In this document: piece by piece, positions 8,900-19,099 of the stretch
Position numbering within the stretch: position 1 is the first letter of the stretch
How the letters are laid out: every line of letters begins with the position of its first letter
Assembly: GCA_947627215.1 (NCBI GenBank)
Contig: CANQVD010000018.1
Span: 6,250-70,249, forward strand
Direction of reading: 5' to 3'
Source: an uncultured Eisenbergiella sp.
GTDB taxonomy: Bacteria > Bacillota > Clostridia > Lachnospirales > Lachnospiraceae
DNA: 64,000 nt
Notes under the pieces: generated by a model
Database searches by the model: none
What the model saw: the letters and a program-made list of their open reading frames with translations, nothing else
Told to the model about the DNA's origin: nothing
Program-made: the position numbers and the translations under genes

Positions 8900-8947
8900 A
8901 AAACGGACTGCCCCGGGATACCGCTTCCCGGAGCAGTCCGTTTTTTT
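8900..8947. terminator. Bidirectional intrinsic terminator
   Basis: AAAACGGACTGC...GCAGTCCGTTTTTTT between convergent genes. Confidence 0.85.
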
Positions 8948-9069
8948 GAGTAAAAATACTTCTCCGTCCACACAGAGCAACGGCGCACACAAATCCTGCC
9001 GCAGTCGCTGCGCTGCAAAAAACTTTCTCCGCCCTTGCAGAGCCGCGGCAGGCTAATGGTCCGGCATGC

Positions 9070-11085
9070 TCAGTACCGGTACGGCTCCCGCCAGCCGCAG
9101 TCGGAAAGGAAGCGCGACGCAAATCCCGGCTCCGCCCGGGTGCCGCCCACCCAGCTAAGATAAAGCCGCTCCTTCGCCCGGGTCATGCCCACATAGAACA
9201 TCCGGCGCTCTTCCTCCAGTTCCTTTCCCGTCAGGCTCTTTTTGTGCGGCACGATCCCCTCATTGCAGTCGGGCAGAAACACAATATCGAATTCCAGCCC
9301 CTTGGAGCCGTGCATGGTGGTCAGACACACCGCGTCGGGATCCGTTTCCGAATCTTTTTTTGAAGCCTCTGCCAGAGACTGCTCATACCGCTCGATGTGC
9401 TCCTTCAAAAGCGCCACGGTAGGGAAACCACGCACGCTGTCCTGGAAAAAATCGGCGGCCTCTGCCGCTTCCCGATACTGCTCCTCCCGCATTTCCTTTT
9501 TCATCCAGCCGTCATAACCGATGCCCTTTCTGACATAATTCACCGCCGCATACAGATCCATCCCCGCCATGCGCCCGATATCCGCCTGCAGCTTTGTCAG
9601 GATCGGCGTCATATAGGGCTTGTCCCGATATGCGGAAAACAGAAGCGGGAAGGAGACCTGCGTCTGCGTCACCGCCTGCCGGGACAGATACCGGCAGGGT
9701 CTGTTCATGATCCGGAAGAACAGATCCCGCTCCCGCCTGACCATGGCGAATTCCAGATAAGCCAGCAGGTCCCTGCACACCGGCTGCGAATAGGGACTTT
9801 TCAGCTTTTCCCGCATGACGAAGGGCACCCGCAGCGCGCCCAGCGCCTCCGCCAGCAGGGCCGCATCGGAATTAGTGCGGAAAATGGCCGCGATGGACGG
9901 GATGTCTGCTGTCTGCCGGAACCTCTGCATCATCCACGCCAGCGCCCTGGCCTGCTGCCGCCTGTCCGTAAAAGCGCATAGCTGCACGGAGCCATCCCGC
10001 GAGAAGGAAGTCCATGCTGGCGGACGCTCCCGCTTTTTCCCGATTGCACCTCTGGAAAATGCCGCGGCCAGGGAACGGCCGCCCATAAGTCCCTGATCTC
10101 CCGGCGCACTCAGATATTCCGTCATTTCCCGCTGTACGCTGTCCGGATCCGCCTCGAATTTCCAGGCCGTCCCTTCCGGCTTTCCCGCCGTGATCTGCTT
10201 GGCAAAACGCTCCTTATTGGCAGCGATCAGCTTCCCGGCCCGCTCCACAATGCCGGGACGGCTCCGGTAATTGGCGGACAGACTGATCTGAGCAGCAGCC
10301 GGAAAGTCCGCGGCGAACTGCCGCATGATGGAAGGATCGGAACCGCGGAACCCGTAAATGGCCTGATCGTCGTCTCCCACCACAAAGAGATTCTGTGTTT
10401 CTCCCGCCAGGAGCTTCATCACCGCATACTGCGTCTCATTGATGTCCTGAAACTCGTCTACCAGCAGATAGGAAAAACGCTGCTGCCACTCCTTCAGCAC
10501 GGCGGGCCTTGTCAGGAACAGATGCCGCACCGCCGCGGCGAAATCGTCCAGGTCCAGCTTCCCCATTTCCGAGAGCATCCTCTGAAAGCCCAGGAACAGC
10601 TTCCGGAATACTTCCGGCTCCAGGCAGGCGCTCTGAAATCCCTCCGGGATGCTTCCCCTGTTTTTGAGAAAACCGATCTCGGAAAGCAGGCTTTCTTCCC
10701 AGTCCTCCTGCGCCGGAAATTCGCCCTGCATGCTCTGAAGCAGCGTGCGCAGATATTCCCGCTTTTCGCGTTCGGTGACGATACAGTTGGATTCGTAATG
10801 ACAGGTATTTTTTAAAATCTGAAAAAAGACGGCATGAAATGTGCCGAAGGTGACCGGATGGTACACGCCCTCCATCCGGGCGAAGAAACGGTCCCGCATC
10901 TGCCGGGCAGCCGCTCTGGTGAAGGTGATCACAAGAATGTTGGACGGATCCACATGGTGGATCTCGATCAGATACCGCACCCTCTCTACGGTAGTAAAGG
11001 TTTTTCCGGAACCGGGACCGGCCAGGATCAGCGCCGGTCCCGCGTTCCAGACGATCGCTTTATTCTGTTGTTCGTTTCCCTGCAA
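9070..11085 (-). CDS. ATP-dependent DNA helicase, UvrD/PcrA/Rep family
   Basis: Walker A 'AGPGSGKT', 'DEFQD', 'GDDDQAIYGFRG', 'TMHGSKGLEF', 'EERRMFYVGMTRAK'. Confidence 0.93.
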   Translation of the reverse strand: MQGNEQQNKAIVWNAGPALILAGPGSGKTFTTVERVRYLIEIHHVDPSNILVITFTRAAARQMRDRFFARMEGVYHPVTFGTFHAVFFQILKNTCHYESNCIVTEREKREYLRTLLQSMQGEFPAQEDWEESLLSEIGFLKNRGSIPEGFQSACLEPEVFRKLFLGFQRMLSEMGKLDLDDFAAAVRHLFLTRPAVLKEWQQRFSYLLVDEFQDINETQYAVMKLLAGETQNLFVVGDDDQAIYGFRGSDPSIMRQFAADFPAAAQISLSANYRSRPGIVERAGKLIAANKERFAKQITAGKPEGTAWKFEADPDSVQREMTEYLSAPGDQGLMGGRSLAAAFSRGAIGKKRERPPAWTSFSRDGSVQLCAFTDRRQQARALAWMMQRFRQTADIPSIAAIFRTNSDAALLAEALGALRVPFVMREKLKSPYSQPVCRDLLAYLEFAMVRRERDLFFRIMNRPCRYLSRQAVTQTQVSFPLLFSAYRDKPYMTPILTKLQADIGRMAGMDLYAAVNYVRKGIGYDGWMKKEMREEQYREAAEAADFFQDSVRGFPTVALLKEHIERYEQSLAEASKKDSETDPDAVCLTTMHGSKGLEFDIVFLPDCNEGIVPHKKSLTGKELEEERRMFYVGMTRAKERLYLSWVGGTRAEPGFASRFLSDCGWREPYRY

Positions 11086-11103
11086 AAAATGCCTCCTGCT
11101 GCT

Positions 11104-12555
11104 TTACCCCTGCAGCAGAGCGATGCCCTTCCGGATCCTGGCGAGGGATTCCTCTTTGCCCAGGATCTCCATGATCTCCGTAGCGCCGGTCGGCGTGGTC
11201 TGTTTTCCTGAGACCGCCGTGCGCACGGGCCAGAGCACATAACCGTTCTTACAGCCCTTCTGTGCCACATAGGAAAGCAGCGCCGCATAGAGCGCGTCAT
11301 TGCTGTAATCCTCCTGAGCCTCCAGAACGGGCAGAAGCTCCGTCAGCACCTCTCTGGCGCTCTCCTGCGTCGTTTTCATTTTTTTGTGGACATACATGGA
11401 CGGATCGTATTCCGGCAGCGTCTCAAAAAAGTCCACCATCTCCGGGATATCCGGGAACACCTCAATCCGGGTCTGCACCATCCCCGCGATCTTCTTCAGA
11501 TCCTGTCCCTTCGTCAGCGCCCGCTTCAGATAAGGCTCCGCCATCTCGTAGAACCGGTCCGGATCCATGGCCTTGATATATTCGCCGTTCATCCATTTCA
11601 GCTTGGTGTAGTCGAACACCGCGGGAGATTTGGACATCCGGCGGTAATCGAAGGCCTTCACCAGCTCCTCCAGACTGAAGATCTCGCCGTCCCCTTCCGG
11701 ACTCCAGCCCAGCAGCGCCACGAAATTGACGATGGCCTCCGTCAGAAAGCCCTGCTCCTGCAGATCCTCGAAGGAAGAATGACCGCTGCGCTTCGCCAGC
11801 TTCTGATGGTTCTCATCGGTGATCAGCGGGCAGTGCACATAGACCGGCACCTCCCAGCCGAAGGCCTCGTACAGGCGGTTGTACTTGGGGGAAGAGGAAA
11901 GGTACTCGTTGCCCCGCACCACATGGGTGATGCCCATGAGATGATCGTCCACCACGTTGGCGAAGTTGTAGGTGGGGAACCCATCGGACTTAATCAGAAT
12001 CATGTCGTCCAGCTCCGCGTTGTCCACCGTGATATCGCCGTAGATCTCGTCATGGAAGGTGGTCGTCCCCTCCATGGGATTGTTCTGACGGATCACATAG
12101 GGCATGCCCGCCGCCAGCTTCGCCTCCACCTCTTCCCTGGACAGATGCAGACAGTGCTTGTCGTAGACGTTGATCTCCTTGCCCGCCACCACACGGGTCA
12201 GCGTGGCCAGGCGCTCCTTATCGCAGAAGCAGTAATACGCCTCGCCCTTTTCCACCAGTTGTTTCGCATACTCCAGGTAGATCCCCGCGCGCTGTCTCTC
12301 ACTCTGCACATAAGGGCCGACATCGCCCGGCTTGTCCGGTCCCTCGTCATGGATCAGCCCCGTCTTTTCCAGCGTCCGGTAGATGATGTCCACCGCGCCC
12401 TCCACATAGCGCTCCTGGTCCGTATCCTCGATCCGTAAAATGTAATCGCCGCCCTCATGCTTCGCGATCAGATACGCGTACAGCGCCGTGCGGAGATTTC
12501 CCACATGCATGCGCCCGGTGGGGCTGGGCGCGAAGCGGGTCCTGATCTTTACCAC
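11104..12555 (-). CDS. gltX: Glutamate--tRNA ligase
   Basis: 'RFAPSPTG', HIGH-like 'HVGN', 'RIEDTD', KMSKS-like 'KLAKR'. Confidence 0.96.
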   Translation of the reverse strand: MVKIRTRFAPSPTGRMHVGNLRTALYAYLIAKHEGGDYILRIEDTDQERYVEGAVDIIYRTLEKTGLIHDEGPDKPGDVGPYVQSERQRAGIYLEYAKQLVEKGEAYYCFCDKERLATLTRVVAGKEINVYDKHCLHLSREEVEAKLAAGMPYVIRQNNPMEGTTTFHDEIYGDITVDNAELDDMILIKSDGFPTYNFANVVDDHLMGITHVVRGNEYLSSSPKYNRLYEAFGWEVPVYVHCPLITDENHQKLAKRSGHSSFEDLQEQGFLTEAIVNFVALLGWSPEGDGEIFSLEELVKAFDYRRMSKSPAVFDYTKLKWMNGEYIKAMDPDRFYEMAEPYLKRALTKGQDLKKIAGMVQTRIEVFPDIPEMVDFFETLPEYDPSMYVHKKMKTTQESAREVLTELLPVLEAQEDYSNDALYAALLSYVAQKGCKNGYVLWPVRTAVSGKQTTPTGATEIMEILGKEESLARIRKGIALLQG

Positions 12556-12814
12556 GTCTCATTCCTCCCGAAAATATTCTCGTTCCGATCCCCGCGCCCC
12601 GATGAACAGCGGACAGGGCGCCGGGATTTTTTCATTTTAACACAATTTTTTGAAAATGTCATCAGCGGCCTCGGCGGAATTTCAGGTAAGCTGCGGACCG
12701 CAGTTGAACGGTACGCGTGCATTCGGCTGAACGGCATACAGACGGCTGCATGCGGCCGGACCGCACGCGGATCCCGACCGAATTTCCCGCAGATCCTCCG
12801 CGCCGCCCGCATCC

Positions 12815-14965
12815 TCACAGGAACAGCCGTCCGATCTGGAAAACCAGCGTGCTGATCAGCCAGGCGAAGCAGATCTCAAAGGCCATCAGTGACAGCGTGA
12901 ACCTCCAGGAACCGCTCTCCTTGCGGATCGTGCCGATGGTGGCCGCGCAGGGCACATAAAAGAGCACGAACAGCATCAGGCAGAACGCGTTCAGCGGCCC
13001 GAAGGAGGGATCGAACTGATGAATGTTGTCCACGATGGCCTGCATGCCCGCCGCCGAGTTGGCATTGGTCACGCCGAAGAGCACCGCGAAGCTGGAGACC
13101 ACCACTTCCTTGGCCGAAATGCCGGAAATGAGGGCCACCACGATCTGCCACATTCCCAGCCCGGCGGGCGCCATCACGGGCACCAGGAACCGGCCGATGG
13201 AAGCGCCGAAGCTGGCGGCCGCATCCTCCACCATCCCGGCAGGTCCGAAGTTGAGCACGAACCAGATGACAATGGAAGCCAGAAAGATCGTGGTCCCCGC
13301 CTTGGTCAGATAATCCTTCAGCTTGTTCCACACATAGGTGCGGATCACGCGGCCGTTGGGCCGTTTATATTCCGGCAGCTCGATGAGCAGCGAATCGTTG
13401 ATCCTGCCCTTTTCCAGCACGTTGGCCACGCGGGCCACCAGCAGGGCCGTCACCAGCCCGATCACATACATGGAAAAGGCCGGAATCACCGGATTGTTCG
13501 GGAAAAACATCCCGGAGAACAGCACATACACCGGCAGGCGGGCGGAACAGGACATGAACGGTGTGATCACCATGACCTTGCGCCGGTCATACTCCGTCTC
13601 CAGCGCCCGCGTCGCCATGATGGCGGGCACCGTACAGCCGAAGCCCAGGATCATGGGCAGAAACGCCCGGCCCGACAGCCCGGCCTTTCCCATGATGTTA
13701 TCCATCACATAGGCCACCCGCGCCATATAGCCAGAATCCTCCAGAATGCCCAGCGCCAGGAAAAGGATGAAAATATTGGGCAGGAACGTCAGGATGCCGC
13801 CCACACCGGCGATGACGCCGTCCACCACCAGCGAGATCAGCCAGTCGGACACATGCACCGCCAGGAGCAGGGAGCGCGCGCCTTCCGAAAACCAGTCCAG
13901 CGCCGTCTCAAAGCCGCCCTTGAGGAAATCCCCCACCGCAAAGGTCAGGAAAAACACCAGCGCCATGATGCAGAGGAACACGGGAACGCCCCACACCGGA
14001 TGGGTCAGCACCGCGTCCACCCGGTCGGTCTGCGCCGCCTTTCTTTCCTTATGAAACAGCGTCTCCTTCAGGATCTCTTCGATATATTTGTATTTTGCCT
14101 GAATGATCTCCTTTTCATAGCCGTCCCCGATCACGTCCGCAGCCTGGATGACCTTCTGTCCGCTGCCCTGCACCGGGGTCTGTGCAGCCTCCGCACCGCC
14201 TTCCGCTGCGCCCGGAACTTGCGTCACCTTCGTGCCGCCCTCTGCCACGTCCGAGACCTGCGCCGCTTCGTCCTCCGCCACGATCGCCTGCAGCGGATGC
14301 TCCTTCGTCACCTGCTCGTCGCGCTCCAACAGCTTGATGGCATGCCAGCGCACCAGCGAATGGCTGGGATAGCGGGTCTTCATCATCTCGCCCAGCAGGG
14401 ACAGCTTTTCCTCCAGCTCGGGCCCGTAGTTCATCACGTCCTCTTTGGGCCCTTCCTCGTAGTGATGCACCACCGCGTGCATCAGGATGTCCAGACCCGT
14501 CCGCCTGGCCGCCGACACCGGCACCACCGGGATGTCCCCCAGCATTTCGGGCAGACGGTGCAGGTCGATCTCCAGCCCCCGCTCTTTCACGATGTCCATC
14601 ATGTTCAGTGCCAGGATCACCGGCTTGCCCAGCTCCAGAAGCTGCAGCGTCAGATACAGATTGCGCTCCAGACAGGAGGCGTCCACCACGTTGACGATGA
14701 CCTCGATGTCATCGTCCTGTACGCAGTTGCGCGTCACCTGTTCCTCAATGGTATAACAGCTCAGGGAATAGATTCCGGGGGTGTCCACCAGCTTGAGCTG
14801 ATAGCCCTCATATTCGATGTTGCCCTCATATTTTTCCACCGTGACGCCGGGCCAGTTGGCCACCTTCAGCTTCGCCCCGGTGACGGCGTTGAACAGCGTG
14901 GTCTTTCCGCAGTTGGGATTGCCCACGAACGCCACATGTACATGCCTGTCGCGATTCTCTTCCAT
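12815..14965 (-). CDS. feoB: Ferrous iron transporter B
   Basis: G1 'GNPNCGKTT', 'NWPGVTVE', 'DTPGIYSL', gate 'GFGCTVPA', 'CSARLPVY'. Confidence 0.96.
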   Translation of the reverse strand: MEENRDRHVHVAFVGNPNCGKTTLFNAVTGAKLKVANWPGVTVEKYEGNIEYEGYQLKLVDTPGIYSLSCYTIEEQVTRNCVQDDDIEVIVNVVDASCLERNLYLTLQLLELGKPVILALNMMDIVKERGLEIDLHRLPEMLGDIPVVPVSAARRTGLDILMHAVVHHYEEGPKEDVMNYGPELEEKLSLLGEMMKTRYPSHSLVRWHAIKLLERDEQVTKEHPLQAIVAEDEAAQVSDVAEGGTKVTQVPGAAEGGAEAAQTPVQGSGQKVIQAADVIGDGYEKEIIQAKYKYIEEILKETLFHKERKAAQTDRVDAVLTHPVWGVPVFLCIMALVFFLTFAVGDFLKGGFETALDWFSEGARSLLLAVHVSDWLISLVVDGVIAGVGGILTFLPNIFILFLALGILEDSGYMARVAYVMDNIMGKAGLSGRAFLPMILGFGCTVPAIMATRALETEYDRRKVMVITPFMSCSARLPVYVLFSGMFFPNNPVIPAFSMYVIGLVTALLVARVANVLEKGRINDSLLIELPEYKRPNGRVIRTYVWNKLKDYLTKAGTTIFLASIVIWFVLNFGPAGMVEDAAASFGASIGRFLVPVMAPAGLGMWQIVVALISGISAKEVVVSSFAVLFGVTNANSAAGMQAIVDNIHQFDPSFGPLNAFCLMLFVLFYVPCAATIGTIRKESGSWRFTLSLMAFEICFAWLISTLVFQIGRLFL

Positions 14966-14966
14966 G

Positions 14967-15200
14967 TCAATCCTCCTGCCCCTTCTCTTCCACCTCTATA
15001 TTCGACGTGATGTGCCGTCCCATCGCAAACCGGGTGCCCCGCACATATAAAATGATGGCGCCGCCCTTTTTGCGGTTCAGTATCTTCACTTCCGTGCCTT
15101 CATTGAGGCCCAGGGCCTGCAGCCGTCTCATCAGCCCTTCTTCCATATGAATATCCTTCACATGGTAGACCTCTCCCTTTTTTCCTTCGTACAGTACCAT
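14967..15200 (-). CDS. feoA: Ferrous iron transport protein A
   Basis: 'RRLQALGL...G..V...RGTRFAMG'; directly upstream of feoB. Confidence 0.9.
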   Translation of the reverse strand: MVLYEGKKGEVYHVKDIHMEEGLMRRLQALGLNEGTEVKILNRKKGGAIILYVRGTRFAMGRHITSNIEVEEKGQED

Positions 15201-15253
15201 GATGCTTCCTTTCGCGCCGCGCGCGTATTTTGTCAACTGTGCCGTCTCCCGAC

Positions 15254-15282
15254 ATTCTATCTCATTTCCGGTATATTTTCAA
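15254..15282 (-). promoter_or_regulatory. Sigma-A promoter for feoAB
   Basis: TTGAAA-17 bp-TAGAAT on the minus strand. Confidence 0.65.
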
Positions 15283-15439
15283 TTCCATCCGGGAATGTTT
15301 TTTCAGGCCGGTGCAAGTTTCCAATACATGATCGGCCAACCTGCAGGAAACAATCGTTTCGCCTTGACGGGCCGCCCCCTTTCCCCTTATACTGAAACCA
15401 TCAGCGGCAGCCCGTGCCGCGCAGAGAAGGGGGATTCTT

Positions 15440-17095
15440 ATGTCCATACAGCTCATCCGCACGTCCTCTCTGGAAAAGATCTTTCCGGACCAGACGCCTC
15501 ATTCCGATCATACCCGGCTTTCCGTGCTCCAGAACGACGTTCTTTCCTTCCAACTGGCGCTGCGCCCGACGGATATCCCGGACACGCGCCTGGAGGTATC
15601 CGTCCGGGTGGACTCTCCCATCGCATCGTATATTTCCGTGCGCCAGGTGGATCTGGTGCCCTCCATACTGCCGGTCAGCGACACCCGGGACGGCAACATC
15701 CTCTCTGACAGGCCGGGGCTGTATCCGGATCTGCTGACGCCGCTGCCGGACGGCAAAAGCCTCCTGCCCTGCCGCCTCTGGACGTCCTTCTGGATCGGGA
15801 TCGAAACGGATGAGCACACCGCACCCGGCGTCCATCCCGTCACCGTGACCTTTACACCGCTCTCCGAACGGGAGGAGCCCGTCTCCTGCTGTACGGAAGT
15901 GGAGGTTATCGGCGCGGTTTTGCCCGAGCAGGAGCTGACGGTCACGGAATGGTTTCACGGGGACTGCGTGGCGGACTATTATCATGTGCCGGTCTTCTCC
16001 GAAGAGCATTGGGAATATATGCGCCGCCAGATACAGCTTGGCGCGCGCCGGGGGCTCAACATGATCCTCACGCCCATTTTCACGCCCGCCCTGGACACCG
16101 CGGTGGGAAAAGAGCGGACCACCATCCAACTGGTGGATATTTTTTATGAAAATGGCGTTTACTCCTTCGGCTTTGACAAACTGGAGCGGTGGGTGAACAT
16201 GTGCCGGGACTGCGGCATCCGATTTTTTGAAATGGCCCATCTCTATACCCAGTGGGGCGCCGCCCACTGTCCCAAGATCCTGGTTTGGAAAAACGGCGTT
16301 CTGCGCAGGCGCTTCGGCTGGGAACAGGATGCCCTGGGTGCGGAATACCGGGACTTCCTGCGCGCATTCCTGCCCGCCCTGACCGATGAGCTGAAGCGCC
16401 TGGGCATCGAAGGGCGGACCGTCTTCCACATTTCGGACGAGCCGAACGAGTCCTGCCTGGAACAGTACCGGGCCGCCCGGGCGCAGGTGGCGGAGCTTCT
16501 GGCGGGCTTCCCCATCCTGGACGCCATGAGCCACTACCGCTATTTCACCGACGGGCTCTGCGAGACGCCCATCATCGCCACCGACGCGCTGACGCCCTTC
16601 CTGGAGGGCAAATGCCCGAAGGATCTGTGGGTCTATTACTGCTGCGGCCAGACCTATCAGGTCTCCAACCGCTTTTTTGGCATGCCCTCGGCCCGCAACC
16701 GGATCATCGGGCTCCAGTTCTATAAATTCCGCGTCAGGGGCTTCCTGCAGTGGGGCTTCAACTTTTATAACTCCCAGCTCTCCCGCCGTCACATCGATCC
16801 CTTCCGGGTCACCGATGCGGACATGGCCTTTCCCTCCGGAGACGCCTTTCTGGTCTATCCCGGCGAAAACGGGGAACCGCTGGAATCTCTGCACATGGCG
16901 GTCTTTTACGAGGCCATCAATGACCTGCGCGCCCTGCTCCTGCTGGAAAAGCTGACTGGCCGCGAGCACGTCATGGCCCTTCTGGAGGACGGGCTGGACG
17001 CGCCCCTCACCTTTACCTGCTACCCGACCGAGGACGCCTGGCTGCTCTCGCTCCGCCAGCGGGTCAACGCGGAAATTCGGGAGCATATACGCTGA
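15440..17095 (+). CDS. DUF4091-domain glycoside hydrolase (GH123-like)
   Basis: Adjacent Asp-Glu 'HISDEP', 'WVYYCC', 'GFLQWGFNFY', 'SGDAFLVYP', 'EAINDLRAL'. Confidence 0.7.
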   Translation: MSIQLIRTSSLEKIFPDQTPHSDHTRLSVLQNDVLSFQLALRPTDIPDTRLEVSVRVDSPIASYISVRQVDLVPSILPVSDTRDGNILSDRPGLYPDLLTPLPDGKSLLPCRLWTSFWIGIETDEHTAPGVHPVTVTFTPLSEREEPVSCCTEVEVIGAVLPEQELTVTEWFHGDCVADYYHVPVFSEEHWEYMRRQIQLGARRGLNMILTPIFTPALDTAVGKERTTIQLVDIFYENGVYSFGFDKLERWVNMCRDCGIRFFEMAHLYTQWGAAHCPKILVWKNGVLRRRFGWEQDALGAEYRDFLRAFLPALTDELKRLGIEGRTVFHISDEPNESCLEQYRAARAQVAELLAGFPILDAMSHYRYFTDGLCETPIIATDALTPFLEGKCPKDLWVYYCCGQTYQVSNRFFGMPSARNRIIGLQFYKFRVRGFLQWGFNFYNSQLSRRHIDPFRVTDADMAFPSGDAFLVYPGENGEPLESLHMAVFYEAINDLRALLLLEKLTGREHVMALLEDGLDAPLTFTCYPTEDAWLLSLRQRVNAEIREHIR

Positions 17096-17146
17096 GTCGG
17101 CCGCAGGCACAGACCATTGCACCTGCCCGGCACGGCTGCGGGAAAG

Positions 17147-17197
17147 AAAAAGCATGAGGTCCGGGAATCGCCTGTTCCCCGGGCTTCATGTTTTTTT
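17147..17197. terminator. Bidirectional terminator
   Basis: AAAAAGCATGAGGTCCGGGAA...TTCCCCGGGCTTCATGTTTTTTT imperfect inverted repeat between convergent genes. Confidence 0.7.
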
Positions 17198-17246
17198 ACA
17201 GACATGCTCCTTCAAGCCTTTTCTATCTTAATTTCCGCATATGCAT

Positions 17247-17444
17247 TCAGCCGCCGCAGCCCGGCTCCTCCAGATCGAACAGCTTTCCCGTGGCGAACGG
17301 GCTTCCCACATCACAGCGGCCGTGGTGGTACGCCTTCTTCATCTCCCCCTCGGCCATCTGCCCGGAGGTCTCCACCTTCATGCGGCTCACGCCGCCCTCC
17401 GCCATCTGGTCCAGCATGCGGATCACATCATCGATCTCACCCAT
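17247..17444 (-). CDS. Small hypothetical protein (65 aa)
   Basis: GGAG RBS, host-like codon usage, last gene of the minus-strand run. Confidence 0.6.
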   Translation of the reverse strand: MGEIDDVIRMLDQMAEGGVSRMKVETSGQMAEGEMKKAYHHGRCDVGSPFATGKLFDLEEPGCGG

Positions 17445-17471
17445 ACGAAAAACTCCTTTCCCACATCCGTT

Positions 17472-18389
17472 CTATGCGAAGCACTTTTTCAGGAACGCGT
17501 CCACGATATCCAGGACCTCCTCCGTCCAGAACTCCGCGCCGCCGTGATCGGCCCCTTTCAGAAAATACAACTGTACATCCTTGCCGCACTTTTTCATCTG
17601 CCGGTACAGGATGACGCTGCCCTCGCAGTTCACCGTCCGGTCCCTGGTGCCGTGCAGGATCAGCGTGGGCGGAACGGACGTCTCTTCCGTGATATTGCAT
17701 TCCACGGACAGCCTGCGCTTCAGATCCGGGCGGTTCCGCAGGTCCACATGGCCCATGACCATCCCCTCCGGGCTGTCAGCCTGACAGTGCAGCACCTGAA
17801 TGGGGTTGGAATCCTCCTTCATGATGCTGCAGCTCCCATAATAATCGACGATCCCCTTCACATCGGCGCTGACGCCGGGAAACAGATTGTTTTCCGCGTC
17901 GTCATGGAGCATCCCCGCGAACATGGCCGTATGCCCGCCGGAGGAATCCCCCGCCACGGCGATGTTTTCCGGGTCCGCATGATATTCCGTCGCGTGGGCC
18001 CTCAGGAAACGGACCGCGTTCCTGGCGTCCATGATCTGGGCCGGGAACGGCGCGAGGCCGGAATGACGGTATTCCACGATGGCCGTCACATAGCCCCGGC
18101 GCGCCAGACAGGAAAGCTGCGGAAGCTGCGCGTATACATTTTGCGGGAACCAGGCGGAACCCTGCACGAACACCACACAGGGATAGGCACGCTCCGGCTC
18201 GTTCCGGGTGAACGGGACCAGGAGCTGCAAATGCAGCTTCACGCCGTCCAGCTCGGCATACACCACGTTGGGCACATAAGCGACGCCCATCTCGTCCCCG
18301 GTGGTCCGAAGGACATGCGCGCCCTCCACCTCCTGCACATATTCCGGAAATTCCTCATACGTCCATGCTTTCAGTTCCATATGCGTCAC
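17472..18389 (-). CDS. Alpha/beta hydrolase (carbohydrate/feruloyl esterase-like)
   Basis: Nucleophile 'GDSSGG', oxyanion 'QGSAW', 'HGTRD...GADHG'. Confidence 0.85.
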   Translation of the reverse strand: MTHMELKAWTYEEFPEYVQEVEGAHVLRTTGDEMGVAYVPNVVYAELDGVKLHLQLLVPFTRNEPERAYPCVVFVQGSAWFPQNVYAQLPQLSCLARRGYVTAIVEYRHSGLAPFPAQIMDARNAVRFLRAHATEYHADPENIAVAGDSSGGHTAMFAGMLHDDAENNLFPGVSADVKGIVDYYGSCSIMKEDSNPIQVLHCQADSPEGMVMGHVDLRNRPDLKRRLSVECNITEETSVPPTLILHGTRDRTVNCEGSVILYRQMKKCGKDVQLYFLKGADHGGAEFWTEEVLDIVDAFLKKCFA

Positions 18390-19099
18390 CTCAACAAATA
18401 TTCCGCCGCCCTGTACAGACTGCCGTCCAGCACACAGAAATCGGCTTCCACAGCGCCCTGCCCGGGCGGCGAAATCTCGGTGCGGATGTAGAGCGTGTGC
18501 ATCCCGGCCTGCCGGGCGCCTGCGATATCCGCGTCCGGGTCATTTCCTATCATGATACACGTTTTCGGATCCAGCGTAAAGGTTTTCAGGAATTTTTCAA
18601 AAAATAACGGCGACGGCTTTTTGCAGCCCTGCTCGGAGGAAATGAAGATCCCGTCAAAATACGGCGTAAGGCCCAGCATTTCGATCTCCGGCCTGGTGAA
18701 ATCCCGCTGAGCGTTGGAAAGCAGATAAACGCCCCTGCCCCTCTCCTTCAGCGCTCTCAAGAGCGCCTCCGCCCCGTCATAGGCGCGCAAGAAGTCCCTG
18801 GACAGGGCACGAAAGGCGATGGCCGTCATCCGCATCTGATCGGCGCTGCAGGGAACGCCCTTTTTTTCGTACAGACCGGCGAAAACCTTCGACAGATCCG
18901 GCTCCGCATCCGCGTATCCAAACGTCCTCACTTCTCCGGCGATCCCGTCCCGAAACGCCCGTTTCAGCTCCTCCGGCGCATACCGCGCCCCGCAGGCCGC
19001 ATAGATGTCGCTCATTTTTTCCCAGAGGACCGGCTTCTCCTCATCGGTCCGGATATCCGCCAGCGTCCCGTAAAGATCAAACACATAATTCCGATACAT
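18386..19099 (-). CDS. HAD-superfamily hydrolase
   Basis: 'FDLYGTL', 'LSNAQ', 'KKPS', 'MIGNDPDADI'; start re-called at MYRNY. Confidence 0.9.
   Translation of the reverse strand: MYRNYVFDLYGTLADIRTDEEKPVLWEKMSDIYAACGARYAPEELKRAFRDGIAGEVRTFGYADAEPDLSKVFAGLYEKKGVPCSADQMRMTAIAFRALSRDFLRAYDGAEALLRALKERGRGVYLLSNAQRDFTRPEIEMLGLTPYFDGIFISSEQGCKKPSPLFFEKFLKTFTLDPKTCIMIGNDPDADIAGARQAGMHTLYIRTEISPPGQGAVEADFCVLDGSLYRAAEYLLR

Noticed and set aside
12556-12814. T-box leader upstream of gltX
   Set aside because: No T-box consensus or terminator/antiterminator was seen; only an extended -10 lies close to the gene.
15254-15266. Fur box upstream of feoA
   Set aside because: AATGAGATAGAAT is only a partial, non-palindromic match and is explained by the -10 element.
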